64,000 nucleotides of DNA from Paragordius varius (lineage: Eukaryota > Animalia > Nematomorpha), in contig OZ176050.1 in assembly GCA_964247055.1 (NCBI GenBank), positions 1,488,001 through 1,552,000 on the forward strand. The letters are read 5' to 3'. Position numbers and translations under genes: made by a program. Of the stretch, positions 12,801 through 28,591 are shown piece by piece; positions within the stretch are counted from its first letter, which is position 1, and the number at the start of each line of letters is the position of its first letter. The notes beneath the pieces were generated by a model that was not told where the DNA came from, ran no database searches, and was given only the letters and a program-made list of their open reading frames with translations.

Positions 12801-15800
12801 AAACCAGTCGCATCAATACTCAAGTTAAACTTTGTCCTTAAAAATCGGATATTGATCACCCGTGAACAAAATTATTTTTTATACATTCTCTTAGTAAGAC
12901 TACATCAAAATATAGAGATAGTTTGACAAACTCTTTCATATCCGATTTTTACAACGATACTTTAAAAATTAATGTATTAAACTAGTCGCATCAATACTCA
13001 AGCTAAACATTGTCCTTAAAAATCGGTTGGTCACCGGTGAACAAAACTATTTTTTATGCATTCTCTTAGTAAGACTACATCAAAATATAGAGATAGTTTG
13101 ACAAACTCTTTCACATCCGATTTTTACAACGATACTTTAAAAATTAATGTATAAAACTAGTCGTATCAATAAATCGCATCAATACTCAAGTTAAACTTTG
13201 TCCTTAAAAATCGGATATTGGTTACCGGTGAACAAAATTATTTTTTATACATTCTCTTAGTATGACTACATCAAAATATAGAGATAGTTTGGCAAACTCT
13301 TTCATATCCGATTTTTACAACGATACTTTAAAATTAATGTATAAAACTAGTCGCATCAATACTCAAGTTAAACTTTGTCCTTAAAAATCGGATATTGGTC
13401 ACCGGTGAACAAAATTATTTTTTATACATTCTCTTAGTAAGACTACATCAAAATATAGAAATAGTTTGACAAACTCTTTCATATCCGATTTTTACAATGA
13501 TATTTAAAAATTAATGTATTAAACTAGTCGCATCAATACTCAAGTTAAACTTTGTCCTTAAAAATCGGATATTGGTCACCGGTGAACAAAATTATTTTTT
13601 ATATATTCTCTTAGCAAGACTACATCAAAATATAGAGATAGTTTGGCAAACTCTTTCATATCCGATTTTTACAACGATACTTTAAAAATTATGGTATTAA
13701 ACCAGGCGCATCAATACTCAAGTTAAACTTTGTCCTTAAAAATCGGATATTGGTCACCGGTGAACAAAATTATTTTTTATACATTCTCTTAGTAAGACTA
13801 CATCAAAATATAGAGATAGTTTGACAAACTTTTTCATATCCGATTTTTACAACGATACTTTAAAAATTATGGTATTAAACCAGTCGCATCAATACTCAAG
13901 TTAAACTTTGTCCTTAAAAATCGGATATTGGTCACCGGTGAACAAAACTATTTTTTATACATTCTCTTAGTAAGACTACATCAAAATATAGAGATAGTTT
14001 GACAAACTCTCTTATATCCGATTTTTACAACGATACTTTAAAAATTAATGTATAAAACTAGTCGCATCAATACTCAAGCTAAACATTGTCCTTAAAAATT
14101 GGATATTGGTCACCGGAGAACAAAACTATTTTTTATACATTCTCTTAGTAAGACTACATCAAAATATAGAGATAGTTTGACAAACTCTTTCATATCCGAT
14201 TTTTACAACGATATTTAAAAATTAATGTATAAAACTAGTCGTATCAATAAATCGCATCAATACTCAAGTTAAACTTTGGTTTTAAAAATCGGATAATGGT
14301 CACCGGTGAACAAAATTATTTTTTATACATTCTCTTAGTAAGACTACATCAAAATATAGAGATAGTTTGACAAACTCTCTCATATCCGATTTTTACAACG
14401 ATACTTTAAAAATTAATGTATAAAACTAGTCGCATCAATACTCAAGCTAAACATTGTCCTTAAAAATCGGATATTTGTCACCGGTGAACAAAATTATTTT
14501 TTATACATTCTCTTAGTAGGACTACATCAAAATATAGAGATAGTTTGGCAAACTCTTTCATAATCGATTTTTACAACGATACTTTAAAAATTAATGTATA
14601 AAACTAGAGGCATCAATACTCAAGCTAAACATTGTCCTTAAAAATCGGATATTGGTCACCGGTGAACAAAACTATTTTTTATACATTCTCTTAGTAAGAC
14701 TACATCAAAATATAGAAATAGTTTGACAAACTCTTTCACATCCAATTTTTACAACGATACTTTAAAAATTAATGTATAAAACTAGTCGTATCAATAAATC
14801 GCATCAATACTCAAGTTAAACTTTGTCCTTAAAAATCGGATATTGGTCACCGGTGAACAAAATTATTTTTTAAACATTCTCTTAGTAGGACTACATCAAA
14901 ATATAGAGATAGTTTGACAAACTCTCTCATATCCGATTTTTACAACGATACTTTAAAAATTAATGTATAAAACTAGTCGCATCAATACTCAAGCTAAACA
15001 TTGTCCTTAAAAATCGGATATTTGTCACCGGTGAACAAAATTATTTTTTATACATTCTCTTAGTAGGACTACATCAAAATATAGAGATAGTTTGGCAAAC
15101 TCTTTCATAATCGATTTTTACAACGATACTTTAAAAATTAATGTATAAAACTAGAGGCATCAATACTCAAGTTAAACTTTGTCCTTAAAAATCAAATATT
15201 GCTCACCGGTGAACAAAATTATTTTTTATACATTCTCTTAGTAAGACTACATCAAAATATAGAAATAGTTTGACAAATTCTTTCATATCCGATTTTTACA
15301 ACGATACTTTAAAAATTAATGTATTAAACTAGTCGCATCAATACTCAAGCTAAACATTGTCCTTAAAAATCGGATATTGGTCACCGGTGAACAAAACTAT
15401 TTTTTATACATTCTCTTAGTAAGACTACATCAAAATATAGAAATAGTTTGACAAACTCTTTCACATCCGATTTTTACAACGATACTTTAAAAATTAATGT
15501 ATAAAACTAGTCGTATCAATAAATCGCATCAATACTCAAGTTAAACATTGTCCTTAAAAATCGGATATTTGTCACCGGTGAACAAAATTATTTTTTATAC
15601 ATTCTCTTAGTAGGACTACATCAAAATATAGAGATAGTTTGGCAAACTCTTTCATAATCGATTTTTACAACGATACTTTAAAAATTAATGTATAAAACTA
15701 GAGGCATCAATACTCAAGTTAAACTTTGTCCTTAAAAATCAAATATTGCTCACCGGTGAACAAAATTATTTTTTATACATTCTCTTAGTAAGACTACATC

Positions 15801-17850
15801 AAAATATAGAAATAGTTTGACAAATTCTTTCATATCCGATTTTTACAACGATACTTTAAAAATTAATGTATTAAACTAGTCGCATCAATACTCAAGTTAA
15901 ACTTTGTCCTTAAAAATTGGATATTGGTCACCGGTGAACAAAATTATTTTTTATACATTCTCTTAGTAAGACTACATCAAAATATAGAAATAGTTAGACA
16001 AACTCTTTCATATCCGATTTTTACAACGATACTTTAAAAATTAATGTATAAAACTAGTCGTATCAATAAATCGCATCAATACTCAAGTTAAACTTTGTCC
16101 CTAAAAATCGGATATTGGTCACCGGGGAACAAAATTATTTTTTATACATTCTCTTAGCAAGACTACATCAAAATAAGAGATAGTTTGACAAACTCTTTTA
16201 TATCCGATTTTTACAACGATACTTTAAAAATTATGGTATTAAACCAGTCGCATCAATACTCAAGTTAAACTTTGTCCTTAAAAATCGGATATTGGTCATC
16301 GGTGAACAAAATTATTTTTTATACATTCTCTTAGTAAGACTACATCAAAATATAGAGATAGTTTGACAAACTCTCTTATATCCGATTTTTACAACGATAC
16401 TTTAAAAATTAATGTATAAAACTAGTCGCATCAATACTCAAGCTAAACATTGTCCTTAAAAATCGGATATTGGTCACCGGTGAACAAAATTATTTTTTAT
16501 ACATTCTCTTAGTAAGACTACATCAAAATATAGAAATAGTTTGACAAACTCTTTCATATCCGATTTTTACAACGATACTTTAAAAATTAATGTATAAAAC
16601 TAGTCGTATCAATAAATCGCATCAATACTCAAGTTAAACTTTGTCCTTAAAAATCGGATATTGGTCACCGGTGAACAAAATTATTTTTTATACATTCTCT
16701 TAGTAAAACTACATCAAAATATAGAGATAGTTTGACAAACTTTTTCATATCCGATTTTTACAACGATACTTTAAAAATTATGGTATTAAACCTGTCGCAT
16801 CAATACTCAAGTTAAACTTTGTCCTTAAAAATCGGATATTGGTCATCGGTGAACAAAATTATTTTTTATACATTCTCTTAGTAAGACTACATCAAAATAT
16901 AGAGATAGTTTGACAAACTCTCTTATATCCGATTTTTACAACGATACTTTAAAAATTAATGTATAAAACTAGTCGCATCAATACTCAAGCTAAACATTGT
17001 CCTTAAAAATTGGATATTGGTCACCGGAGAACAAAACTATTTTTTATACATTCTCTTAGTAAGACTACATCAAAATATAGAGATAGTTTGACAAACTCTT
17101 TCATATCCGATTTTTACAACGATATTTAAAAATTAATGTATAAAACTAGTCGTATCAATAAATCGCATCAATACTCAAGTTAAACTTTGGTTTTAAAAAT
17201 CGGATAATGGTCACCGGTGAACAAAATTATTTTTTATACATTCTCTTAGTAAGACTACATCAAAATATAGAGATAGTTTGACAAACTCTCTCATAATCGA
17301 TTTTTACAACGATACTTTAAAAATTAATGTATAAAACTAGTCGCATCAATATTCAAGCTAAACATTGTCCTTAAAAATCGGATATTTGTCACCGGTGAAC
17401 AAAATTATTTTTTATACATTCTCTTAGTAGGACTACATCAAAATATAGAGATAGTTTGGCAAACTCTTTCATAATCGATTTTTACAACGATACTTTAAAA
17501 ATTAATGTATAAAACTAGAGGCATCAATACTCAAGTTAAACTTTGTCCTTAAAAATCAAATATTGCTCACCGGTGAACAAAATTTTTTTTTATACATTCT
17601 CTTAGTAAGACTACATCAAAATATAGAAATAGTTTGACAAATTCTTTCATATCCGATTTTTACAACGATACTTTAAAAATTAATGTATTAAACTAGTCGC
17701 ATCAATACTCAAGCTAAACATTGTCCTTAAAAATCGGATATTGGTCACCGGTGAACAAAACTATTTTTTATACATTCTCTTAGTAAGACTACATCAAAAT
17801 ATAGAAATAGTTTGACAAACTCTTTCACATCCGATTTTTACAACGATACT
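6823..17850 (+). repeat. 32-monomer higher-order duplication (offset 5780-5782 bp)
   Basis: The marker monomer starts at 6823 and 12603. GTTAGACAAA is at 10211/15993, AACCTGTCGC near 11011/16793 and CAATATTCAAG near 11561/17343. Copies run about 6823-12050 and 12603-17850. Confidence 0.9.
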
Positions 17851-20800
17851 TTAAAAATTAATGTATAAAACTAGTCGTATCAATAAATCGCATGAATACT
17901 CAAGTTAAACTTTGTCCCTAAAAATCGGATATTGGTCACCGGTGAACAAAATTATTTTTTATACATTCTCTTAGCAAGACTACATCAAAATAAGAGATAG
18001 TTTGACAAACTCTTTTATATCCGATTTTTACAACGATACTTTAAAAATTATGGTATTAAACCAGTCGCATCAATACTCAAGCTAAACATTGTCCTTAAAA
18101 ATCGGGTATTGGTCACCGGTGAATAAAACTATTTTTTATACATTCTCTTAGTAAGACTACATCAAAATATAGAGATAGTTTGACAAACTCTCTCATATCC
18201 GATTTTTACAACGATACTTTAAAAATTAATGTATAAAACTAGTCGCATCAATACTCAAGCTAAACATTGTCCTTAAAAATCGGATATTGGTCACCGGTGA
18301 ACAAAATTATTTTTTATACATTCTCTTAGTAAGACTACATCAAAATATAGAAATAGTTTGACAAACTCTTTCATATCCGATTTTTACAACGATACTTTAA
18401 ATTAATGTATAAAACTAGTCGTATCAATAAATCGCATCAATACTCAAGTTAAATTTTGTCCTTAAAAATCGGATATTGGTCACCGGTGAACAAAATTATT
18501 TTTTATACATTCTCTTAGTAAGACTACATCAAAATATAGAGATAGTTTGACAAACTCTCTCATATCCGATTTTTACAACGATACTTTAAAAATTAATGTA
18601 TAAAACTAGTCGCATCAATACTCAAGCTAAACATTGTCCTTAAAAATCGGATATTGGTCACCGGAGAACAAAACTATTTTTTATACATTCTCTTAGTAAG
18701 ACTACATCAAAATATAGAGATAGTTTGACAAACTCTTTCATATCCGATTTTTACAACGATATTTAAAAATTAATGTATAAAACTAGTCGTATCAATAAAT
18801 CGCATCAATACTCAAGTTAAACTTTGGTTTTAAAAACCGGATAATGGTCACCGGTGAACAAAATTATTTTTTATACATTCTCTTAGTAAGACTACATCAA
18901 AATATAGAGATAGTTTGACAAACTCTCTCATATCCCATTTTTACAACGATACTTTAAAAATTAATGTATAAAACTAGTCGCATCAATACTCAAGCTAAAC
19001 ATTGTCCTTAAAAATCGGATATTTGTCACCGGTGAACAAAATTATTTTTTATACATTCTCTTAGTAGGACTACATCAAAATATAGAGATAGTTTGGCAAA
19101 CTCTTTCATAATCGATTTTTACAACGATACTTTAAAAATTAATGTATAAAACTAGAGGCATCAATACTCAAGCTAAACATTGTCCTTAAAAATCGGATAT
19201 TGGTCACCGGTGAACAAAACTATTTTTTATACATTCTCTTAGTAAGACTACATCAAAATATAGAAATAGTTTGACAAACTCTTTCACATCCGATTTTTAC
19301 AACGATACTTTAAAAATTAATGTATAAAACTAGTCGTATCAATAAATCGCATCAATACTCAAGTTAAACTTTGTCCTTAAAAATCGGATATTGGTCACCG
19401 GTGAACAAAATTATTTTTTATACATTCTCTTAGTAGGACTACATCAAAATATAGAGATAGTTTGACAAACTCTCTCATATCCGATTTTTACAACGATACT
19501 TTAAAAATTAATGTATAAAACTAATCTCATCAATACTCAAGCTAAACATTGTCCTTAAAAATCGGATATTTGTCACCGGTGAACAAAATTATTTTTTATA
19601 CATTCTCTTAGTAGGACTACATCAAAATATAGAGATAGTTTGGCAAACTCTTTCATAATCGATTTTTACAACGATACTTTAAAAATTAATGTATAAAACT
19701 AGAGGCATCAATACTCAAGTTAAACTTTGTCCTTAAAAATCAAATATTGCTCACCGGTGAACAAAATTATTTTTTATACATTCTCTTAGTAAGACTACAT
19801 CAAAATATAGAAATAGTTTGACAAATTCTTTCATATCCGATTTTTACAACGATACTTTAAAAATTAATGTATTAAACTAGTCGCATCAATACTCAAGCTA
19901 AACATTGTCCTTAAAAATCGGATATTGGTCACCGGAGAACAAAACTATTTTTTATACATTCTCTTAGTAAGACTACATCAAAATATAGAGATAGTTTGAC
20001 AAACTCTTTCATATCCGATTTTTACAACGATATTTAAAAATTAATGTATAAAACTAGTCGTATCAATAAATCGCATCAATACTCAAGTTAAACTTTGGTT
20101 TTAAAAATCGGATAATGGTCACCGGTGAACAAAATTATTTTTTATACATTCTCTTAGTAAGACTACATCAAAATATAGAGATAGTTTGACAAACTCTCTC
20201 ATATCCGATTTTTACAACGATACTTTAAAAATTAATGTATAAAACTAGTCGCATCAATACTCAAGCTAAACATTGTCCTTAAAAATCGGATATTTGTCAC
20301 CGGTGAACAAAATTATTTTTTATACATTCTCTTAGTAGGACTACATCAAAATATAGAGATAGTTTGGCAAACTCTTTCATAATCGATTTTTACAACGATA
20401 CTTTAAAAATTAATGTATAAAACTAGAGGCATCAATACTCAAGCTAAACATTGTCCTTAAAAATCGGATATTGGTCACCGGTGAACAAAACTATTTTTTA
20501 TACATTCTCTTAGTAAGACTACATCAAAATATAGAAATAGTTTGACAAACTCTTTCACATCCGATTTTTACAACGATACTTTAAAAATTAATGTATAAAA
20601 CTAGTCGTATCAATAAATCGCATCAATACTCAAGTTAAACTTTGTCCTTAAAAATCGGATATTGGTCACCGGTGAACAAAATTATTTTTTATACATTCTC
20701 TTAGTAGGACTACATCAAAATATAGAGATAGTTTGACAAACTCTCTCATATCCGATTTTTACAACGATACTTTAAAAATTAATGTATAAAACTAATCTCA

Positions 20801-22680
20801 TCAATACTCAAGCTAAACATTGTCCTTAAAAATCGGATATTTGTCACCGGTGAACAAAATTATTTTTTATACATTCTCTTAGTAGGACTACATCAAAATA
20901 TAGAGATAGTTTGACAAACTTTTTCATATCCGATTTTTACAACGATACTTTAAAAATTATGGTATTAAACCAGTCGCATCAATGCTCAAGTTAAACTTTG
21001 TCCTTAAAAATCGGATATTGGTCATCGGTGAACAAAATTATTTTTTATACATTCTCTTAGTAAGACTACATCAAAATATAGAGATAGTTTGACAAACTCT
21101 CTTATATCCGATTTTTACAACGATACTTTAAAAATTAATGTATAAAACTAGTCGCATCAATACTCAAGCTAAACATTGTCCTTAAAAATTGGATATTGGT
21201 CACCGGAGAACAAAACTATTTTTTATACATTCTCTTAGTAAGACTACATCAAAATATAGAGATAGTTTGACAAACTCTTTCATATCCGATTTTTACAACG
21301 ATATTTAAAAATTAATGTATAAAACTAGTCGTATCAATAAATCGCATCAATACTCAAGTTAAACTTTGGTTTTAAAAATCGGATAATGGTCACCGGTGAA
21401 CAAAATTATTTTTTATACATTCTCTTAGTATGACTACATCAAAATATAGAGATAGTTTGACAAACTCTCTCATAATCGATTTTTACAACGATACTTTAAA
21501 AATTAATGTATAAAACTAGTCGCATCAATATTCAAGCTAAACATTGTCCTTAAAAATCGGATATTTGTCACCGGTGAACAAAATTATTTTTTATACATTC
21601 TCTTAGTAGGACTACATCAAAATATAGAGATAGTTTGGCAAACTCTTTCATAATCGATTTTTACAACGATACTTTAAAAATTAATGTATAAAACTAGAGG
21701 CATCAATACTCAAGTTAAACTTTGTCCTTAAAAATCAAATATTGCTCACCGGTGAACAAAATTATTTTTTATACATTCTCTTAGTAAGACTACATCAAAA
21801 TATAGAAATAGTTTGACAAATTCTTTCATATCCGATTTTTACAACGATACTTTAAAAATTAATGTATTAAACTAGTCGCATCAATACTCAAGCTAAACAT
21901 TGTCCTTAAAAATCGGATATTGGTCACCGGTGAACAAAACTATTTTTTATACATTCTCTTAGTAAGACTACATCAAAATATAGAAATAGTTTGACAAACT
22001 CTTTCATATCCGATTTTTACAACGATACTTTAAAAATTTATGTATAAAACTAGTCGTATCAATAAATCGCATGAATACTCAAGTTAAACTTTGTCCCTAA
22101 AAATCGGATATTGGTCACCGGTGAACAAAATTATTTTTTATACATTCTCTTAGCAAGACTACATCAAAATAAGAGATAGTTTGACAAACTCTTTTATATC
22201 CGATTTTTACAACGATACTTTAAAAATTATGGTATTAAACCAGTCGCATCAATACTCAAGCTAAACATTGTCCTTAAAAATCGGATATTGGTCACCGGTG
22301 AACAAAACTATTTTTTATACATTCTCTTAGTAAGACTACATCAAAATATAGAGATAGTTTGACAAACTCTCTCATATCCGATTTTTACAACGATACTTTA
22401 AAAATTAATGTATAAAACTAGTCGCATCAATACTCAAGCTAAACATTGTCCTTAAAAATCGGATATTGGTCACCGGTGAACAAAATTATTTTTTATACAT
22501 TCTCTTAGTAAGACTACATCAAAATATAGAAATAGTTTGACAAACTCTTTCATATCCGATTTTTACAACGATACTTTAAATTAATGTATAAAACTAGTCG
22601 TATCAATAAATCGCATCAATACTCAAGTTAAATTTTGTCCTTAAAAATCGGATATTGGTCACCGGTGAACAAAATTATTT
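16715..22680 (+). repeat. About 1.8-kb block repeated at 4179-bp offset (23 monomers)
   Basis: GTCATCGGTG is at 16842/21021, CATGAATACT at 17891/22070 and CGCATCAATATTC at 17342/21521. Copies run about 16715-18500 and 20894-22680. Confidence 0.85.
18660..20900 (+). repeat. 7-mer duplication (offset 1271 bp)
   Basis: CCGGAGAACA is at 18661/19932 and CTAATCTCAT at 19521/20792. Confidence 0.85.
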
Positions 22681-23859
22681 TATATACATTCTCTTAGTAA
22701 GACTACATCAAAATATAGAGATAGTTTGACAAACTCTCTTATATCCGATTTTTACAACGATACTTTAAAAATTAATGTATTAAACTAGTCGCATCAATAC
22801 TCAAGCTAAACATTGTCCTTAAAAATCGGATATTGGTCACCGGTGAACAAAACTATTTTTTATACATTCTCTTAGTAAGACTACATCAAAATATAGAGAT
22901 AGTTTGACAAACTCTCTCATATCCGATTTTTACAACGATACTTTAAAAATTAATGTATAAAACTAGTCGCATCAATACTCAAGCTAAACATTGTCCTTAA
23001 AAATCGGATATTGGTCACCGGTGAACAAAATTATTTTTTATAAATTCTCTTAGTAGGACTACATCAAAATATAGAGATAGTTTGGCAAACTCTTTCATAA
23101 TCGATTTTTACAACGATACTTTAAAAATTAATGTATAAAACTAGACGCATCAATACTCAAGTTAAACATTGTCCTTAAAAATCGGATATTGGTGACCGGT
23201 GAACAAAACTATTTTTTATACATTCTCTTAGTAAGATTACATCAAAATATAGAGATAGTTTGACAAACTCTCTCATATCCGTATTTTACAACGATACTTT
23301 AAAAATTAATGTATAAAACTAGTCGCATCAATACTCAAGCTAAACATTGTCCTTAAAAATCGGATATTGGTCACCGGTGAACAAAATTATTTTTTATACA
23401 TTCTCTTAGTAGGACTACATCAAAATATAGAGATAATTTGGCAAACTCTTTCATAATCGATTTTTACAACGATACTTTAAAAATTAATGTATAAAACTAG
23501 ACGCATCAATACTCAAGTTAAACTTTGTCCTTAAAAATCGGATATTGCTCACCGGTGAACAAAATTATTTTTTATACATTCTCTTAGTAAGACTATATCA
23601 TAATATAGAAATAGTTTGACAAATTCTTTCATATCCGATTTTTACAATGATACTTTAAAAATTAATGTATTAAACTAGTCGCATCAATACTCAAGCTAAA
23701 CATTGTCCTTAAAAATCGGATATTGGTCACCGGTGAACAAAACTCTTTTTTATACATTCTCTTAGTAAGACTACATCAAAATATAGAGATAGTTTGACAA
23801 ACTCTCTCATATCCGATTTTTACAACGATACTTTAAAAATTAATGTATAAAACTAATCG

Positions 23860-25946
23860 CATCAATACTCAAGCTAAACATTGTCCTTAAAAATCGGATA
23901 TTGGTCACCGGTGAACAAAATTATTTTTTATACATTCTCTTAGTAGGACTACATCAAAATATAGAGATAGTTTGACAAACTCTCTCATATCCGATTTTTA
24001 CAACGATACTTTAAAAATTAATGTATAAAACTAGTCGCATCAATACTCAAGCTAAACATTGTCCTTAAAAATCGGATATTGGTCACCGGTGAACAAAACT
24101 ATTTTTTATACATTCTCTTAGTAAGAATACATCAAAATATAGAAATAGTTTGACAAACTCTTTCACATCCGATTTTTACAACGATACCTTCAAAATTAAT
24201 GTATAAAACTAGTCGTATCAATAAATCGCATCAATACTCAAGTTAAACTTTGTCCTTAAAAATCGGATATTGGTCACCGGTGAACAAAATTATTTTTTAT
24301 ACATTCTCTTAGTAGGACTACATCAAAATATAGAGATAGTTTGGCAAACTCTTTCATAATCGATTTTTACAACGATACTTTAAAAATCAATGTATAAAAC
24401 TAGACGCATCAATACTCAAGTTAAACTTTGTCCATAAAAATCGGATATTGCTCACCGGTGAACAAAATTATTTTTTATACATTCTCTTAGTAAGACTACA
24501 TCAAAATATAGAAATAGTTTGACAAATTCTTTCATATCCGATTTTTACAACGATACTTTAAAAATTAATGTATTAAACTAGTCGCATCAATACTCAAGCT
24601 AAATATTGTCCTTAAAAATCGGATATTGGTCACCGGTGAACAAAACTATTTTTTATACATTCTCTTAGTAAGACTACATCAAAATATAGAAATAGTTTGA
24701 CAAACTCTTTCACATCCGATTTTTACAACGATACTTTAAAAATTAATGTATAAAACTAGTCGTATCAATAAATCGCATCAATACTCAAGTTAAACTTTGT
24801 CCTTAAAAATCGGATATTGGTCACCGGTGAACAAAATTATTTTTTATACATTCTCTTAGTAAGACTACATCAAAATATAGAGATAGTTTGACAAACTCTC
24901 TCATATCCGATTTTTACAACGATACTTTAAAAATTAATGTATAAAACTAGTCGCATCAATACTCAAGCTAAACATTGTCCTTAAAAATCGGATATTGGTC
25001 ACCGGTGAACAAAATTATTTTTTATACATTCTCTTAGTAGGACTACATCAAAATATAGAGATAGTTTGACAAACTCTCTCATATCCGATTTTTACAACGA
25101 TACTTTAAAAATTAATGTATAAAACTAGTCGCATCAATACTCAAGCTAAACATTGTCCTTAAAAATCGGATATTGGTCACCGGTGAACAAAACTATTTTT
25201 TATACATTCTCTTAGTAAGAATACATCAAAATATAGAAATAGTTTGACAAACTCTTTCACATCCGATTTTTACAACGATACCTTCAAAATTAATGTATAA
25301 AACTAGTCGTATCAATAAATCGCATCAATACTCAAGTTAAACTTTGTCCTTAAAAATCGGATATTGGTCACCGGTGAACAAAATTATTTTTTATACATTC
25401 TCTTAGTAGGACTACATCAAAATATAGAGATAGTTTGGCAAACTCTTTCATAATCGATTTTTACAACGATACTTTAAAAATCAATGTATAAAACTAGACG
25501 CATCAATACTCAAGTTAAACTTTGTCCATAAAAATCGGATATTGCTCACCGGTGAACAAAATTATTTTTTATACATTCTCTTAGTAAGACTACATCAAAA
25601 TATAGAAATAGTTTGACAAATTCTTTCATATCCGATTTTTACAACGATACTTTAAAAATTAATGTATTAAACTAGTCGCATCAATACTCAAGCTAAATAT
25701 TGTCCTTAAAAATCGGATATTGGTCACCGGTGAACAAAACTATTTTTTATACATTCTCTTAGTAAGACTACATCAAAATATAGAAATAGTTTGACAAACT
25801 CTTTCACATCCGATTTTTACAACGATACTTTAAAAATTAATGTATAAAACTAGTCGTATCAATAAATCGCATCAATACTCAAGTTAAACTTTGTCCTTAA
25901 AAATCGGATATTGGTCACCGGTGAACAAAATTATTTTTTATACATT
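23860..25946 (+). repeat. Tandem 6-mer (1094 bp = 6x178 + 2x13)
   Basis: GTAAGAATAC is at 24121/25215. GATACCTTC, AATCAATG, CCATAAAA and GCTAAATATT repeat at the same offset. Confidence 0.88.
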
Positions 25947-28591
25947 GTCTTAGTAAGACTACATCAAAATAAGAGATAGTTTGACAAACTCTTTTATATC
26001 CGATTTTTACAACGATACTTTAAAAATTATGGTATTAAACCAGTCGCATCAATACTCAAGCTAAACATTGTCCTTAAAAATCGGATATTGGTCACCGGTG
26101 AACAAAACTATTTTTTATACATTCTCTTAGTAAGACTACATCAAAATATAGAGATAGTTTGACAAACTCTCTCATATCCGATTTTTACAACGATACTTTA
26201 AAAATTAATGTATAAAACTAGTCGCATCAATACTCAAGCTAAACATTGTCCTTAAAAATCGGATATTGGTCACCGGTGAACAAAATTATTTTTTATACAT
26301 TCTCTTAGTAAGACTACATCAAAATATAGAAATAGTTTGACAAACTCTTTCATATCCGATTTTTACAACGATACTTTAAATTAATGTATAAAACTAGTCG
26401 TATCAATAAATCGCATCAATACTCAAGTTAAACTTTGTCCATAAAAATCGGATATTGGTCACCGGTGAACAAAATTATTTTTTATACATTCTCTTAGTAG
26501 GACTACATCAAAATATAGAGATAGTTTGGCAAACTCTTTCATATCCGATTTTTACAACGATACTTTAAAAATTATGGTATTAAACCAGTCGTATCAATAC
26601 TCAAGTTAAACTTTGTCCTTAAAAATCGGATATTGGTCACCGGTGAACAAAATTATTTTATATACATTCTCTTGGTAAGACTTAATCAAAATATAGAGAT
26701 AGTTTGGCAAACTCTTTCATATCCAATACAACGATACTTTAAAAATTAATGTATAAAACTAGTCGCATCAATACTCAAGCTAAACATTGTCCTTAAAAAT
26801 CGGATATTGGTCACCGGTGAACAAAATTATTTTTTATACATTCTCTTAGTAGGACTACATCAAAATATAGAGATAGTTTGACAAACTCTCTCATATCCGA
26901 TTTTTACAACGATACTTTAAAAATTAATGTATAAAACTAGTCGCATCAATACTCAAGCTAAACATTGTCCTTAAAAATCGGATATTGGTCACCGGTGAAC
27001 AAAACTATTTTTTATACATTCTCTTAGTAAGAATACATCAAAATATAGAAATAGTTTGACAAACTCTTTCACATCCGATTTTTACAACGATACCTTCAAA
27101 ATTAATGTATAAAACTAGTCGTATCAATAAATCGCATCAATACTCAAGTTAAACTTTGTCCTTAAAAATCGGATATTGGTCACCGGTGAACAAAATTATT
27201 TTTTATACATTCTCTTAGTAGGACTACATCAAAATATAGAGATAGTTTGGCAAACTCTTTCATAATCGATTTTTACAACGATACTTTAAAAATCAATGTA
27301 TAAAACTAGACGCATCAATACTCAAGTTAAACTTTGTCCATAAAAATCGGATATTGCTCACCGGTGAACAAAATTATTTTTTATACATTCTCTTAGTAAG
27401 ACTACATCAAAATATAGAAATAGTTTGACAAATTCTTTCATATCCGATTTTTACAACGATACTTTAAAAATTAATGTATTAAACTAGTCGCATCAATACT
27501 CAAGCTAAATATTGTCCTTAAAAATCGGATATTGGTCACCGGTGAACAAAACTATTTTTTATACATTCTCTTAGTAAGACTACATCAAAATATAGAAATA
27601 GTTTGACAAACTCTTTCACATCCGATTTTTACAACGATACTTTAAAAATTAATGTATAAAACTAGTCGTATCAATAAATCGCATCAATACTCAAGTTAAA
27701 CTTTGTCCTTAAAAATCGGATATTGGTCACCGGTGAACAAAATTATTTTTTATACATTGTCTTAGTAAGACTACATCAAAATAAGAGATAGTTTGACAAA
27801 CTCTTTTATATCCGATTTTTACAACGATACTTTAAAAATTATGGTATTAAACCAGTCGCATCAATACTCAAGCTAAACATTGTCCTTAAAAATCGGATAT
27901 TGGTCACCGGTGAACAAAACTATTTTTTATACATTCTCTTAGTAAGACTACATCAAAATATAGAGATAGTTTGACAAACTCTCTCATATCCGATTTTTAC
28001 AACGATACTTTAAAAATTAATGTATAAAACTAGTCGCATCAATACTCAAGCTAAACATTGTCCTTAAAAATCGGATATTGGTCACCGGTGAACAAAATTA
28101 TTTTTTATACATTCTCTTAGTAAGACTACATCAAAATATAGAAATAGTTTGACAAACTCTTTCATATCCGATTTTTACAACGATACTTTAAATTAATGTA
28201 TAAAACTAGTCGTATCAATAAATCGCATCAATACTCAAGTTAAACTTTGTCCATAAAAATCGGATATTGGTCACCGGTGAACAAAATTATTTTTTATACA
28301 TTCTCTTAGTAGGACTACATCAAAATATAGAGATAGTTTGGCAAACTCTTTCATATCCGATTTTTACAACGATACTTTAAAAATTATGGTATTAAACCAG
28401 TCGTATCAATACTCAAGTTAAACTTTGTCCTTAAAAATCGGATATTGGTCACCGGTGAACAAAATTATTTTATATACATTCTCTTGGTAAGACTTAATCA
28501 AAATATAGAGATAGTTTGGCAAACTCTTTCATATCCAATACAACGATACTTTAAAAATTAATGTATAAAACTAGTCGCATCAATACTCAAG
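24915..28591 (+). repeat. Tandem 10-mer (1812 bp)
   Basis: GTAAGAATAC is at 25215/27027 and CTTAATCAAA at 26681/28493. The length equals 10x178 + 39 - 7. Confidence 0.88.
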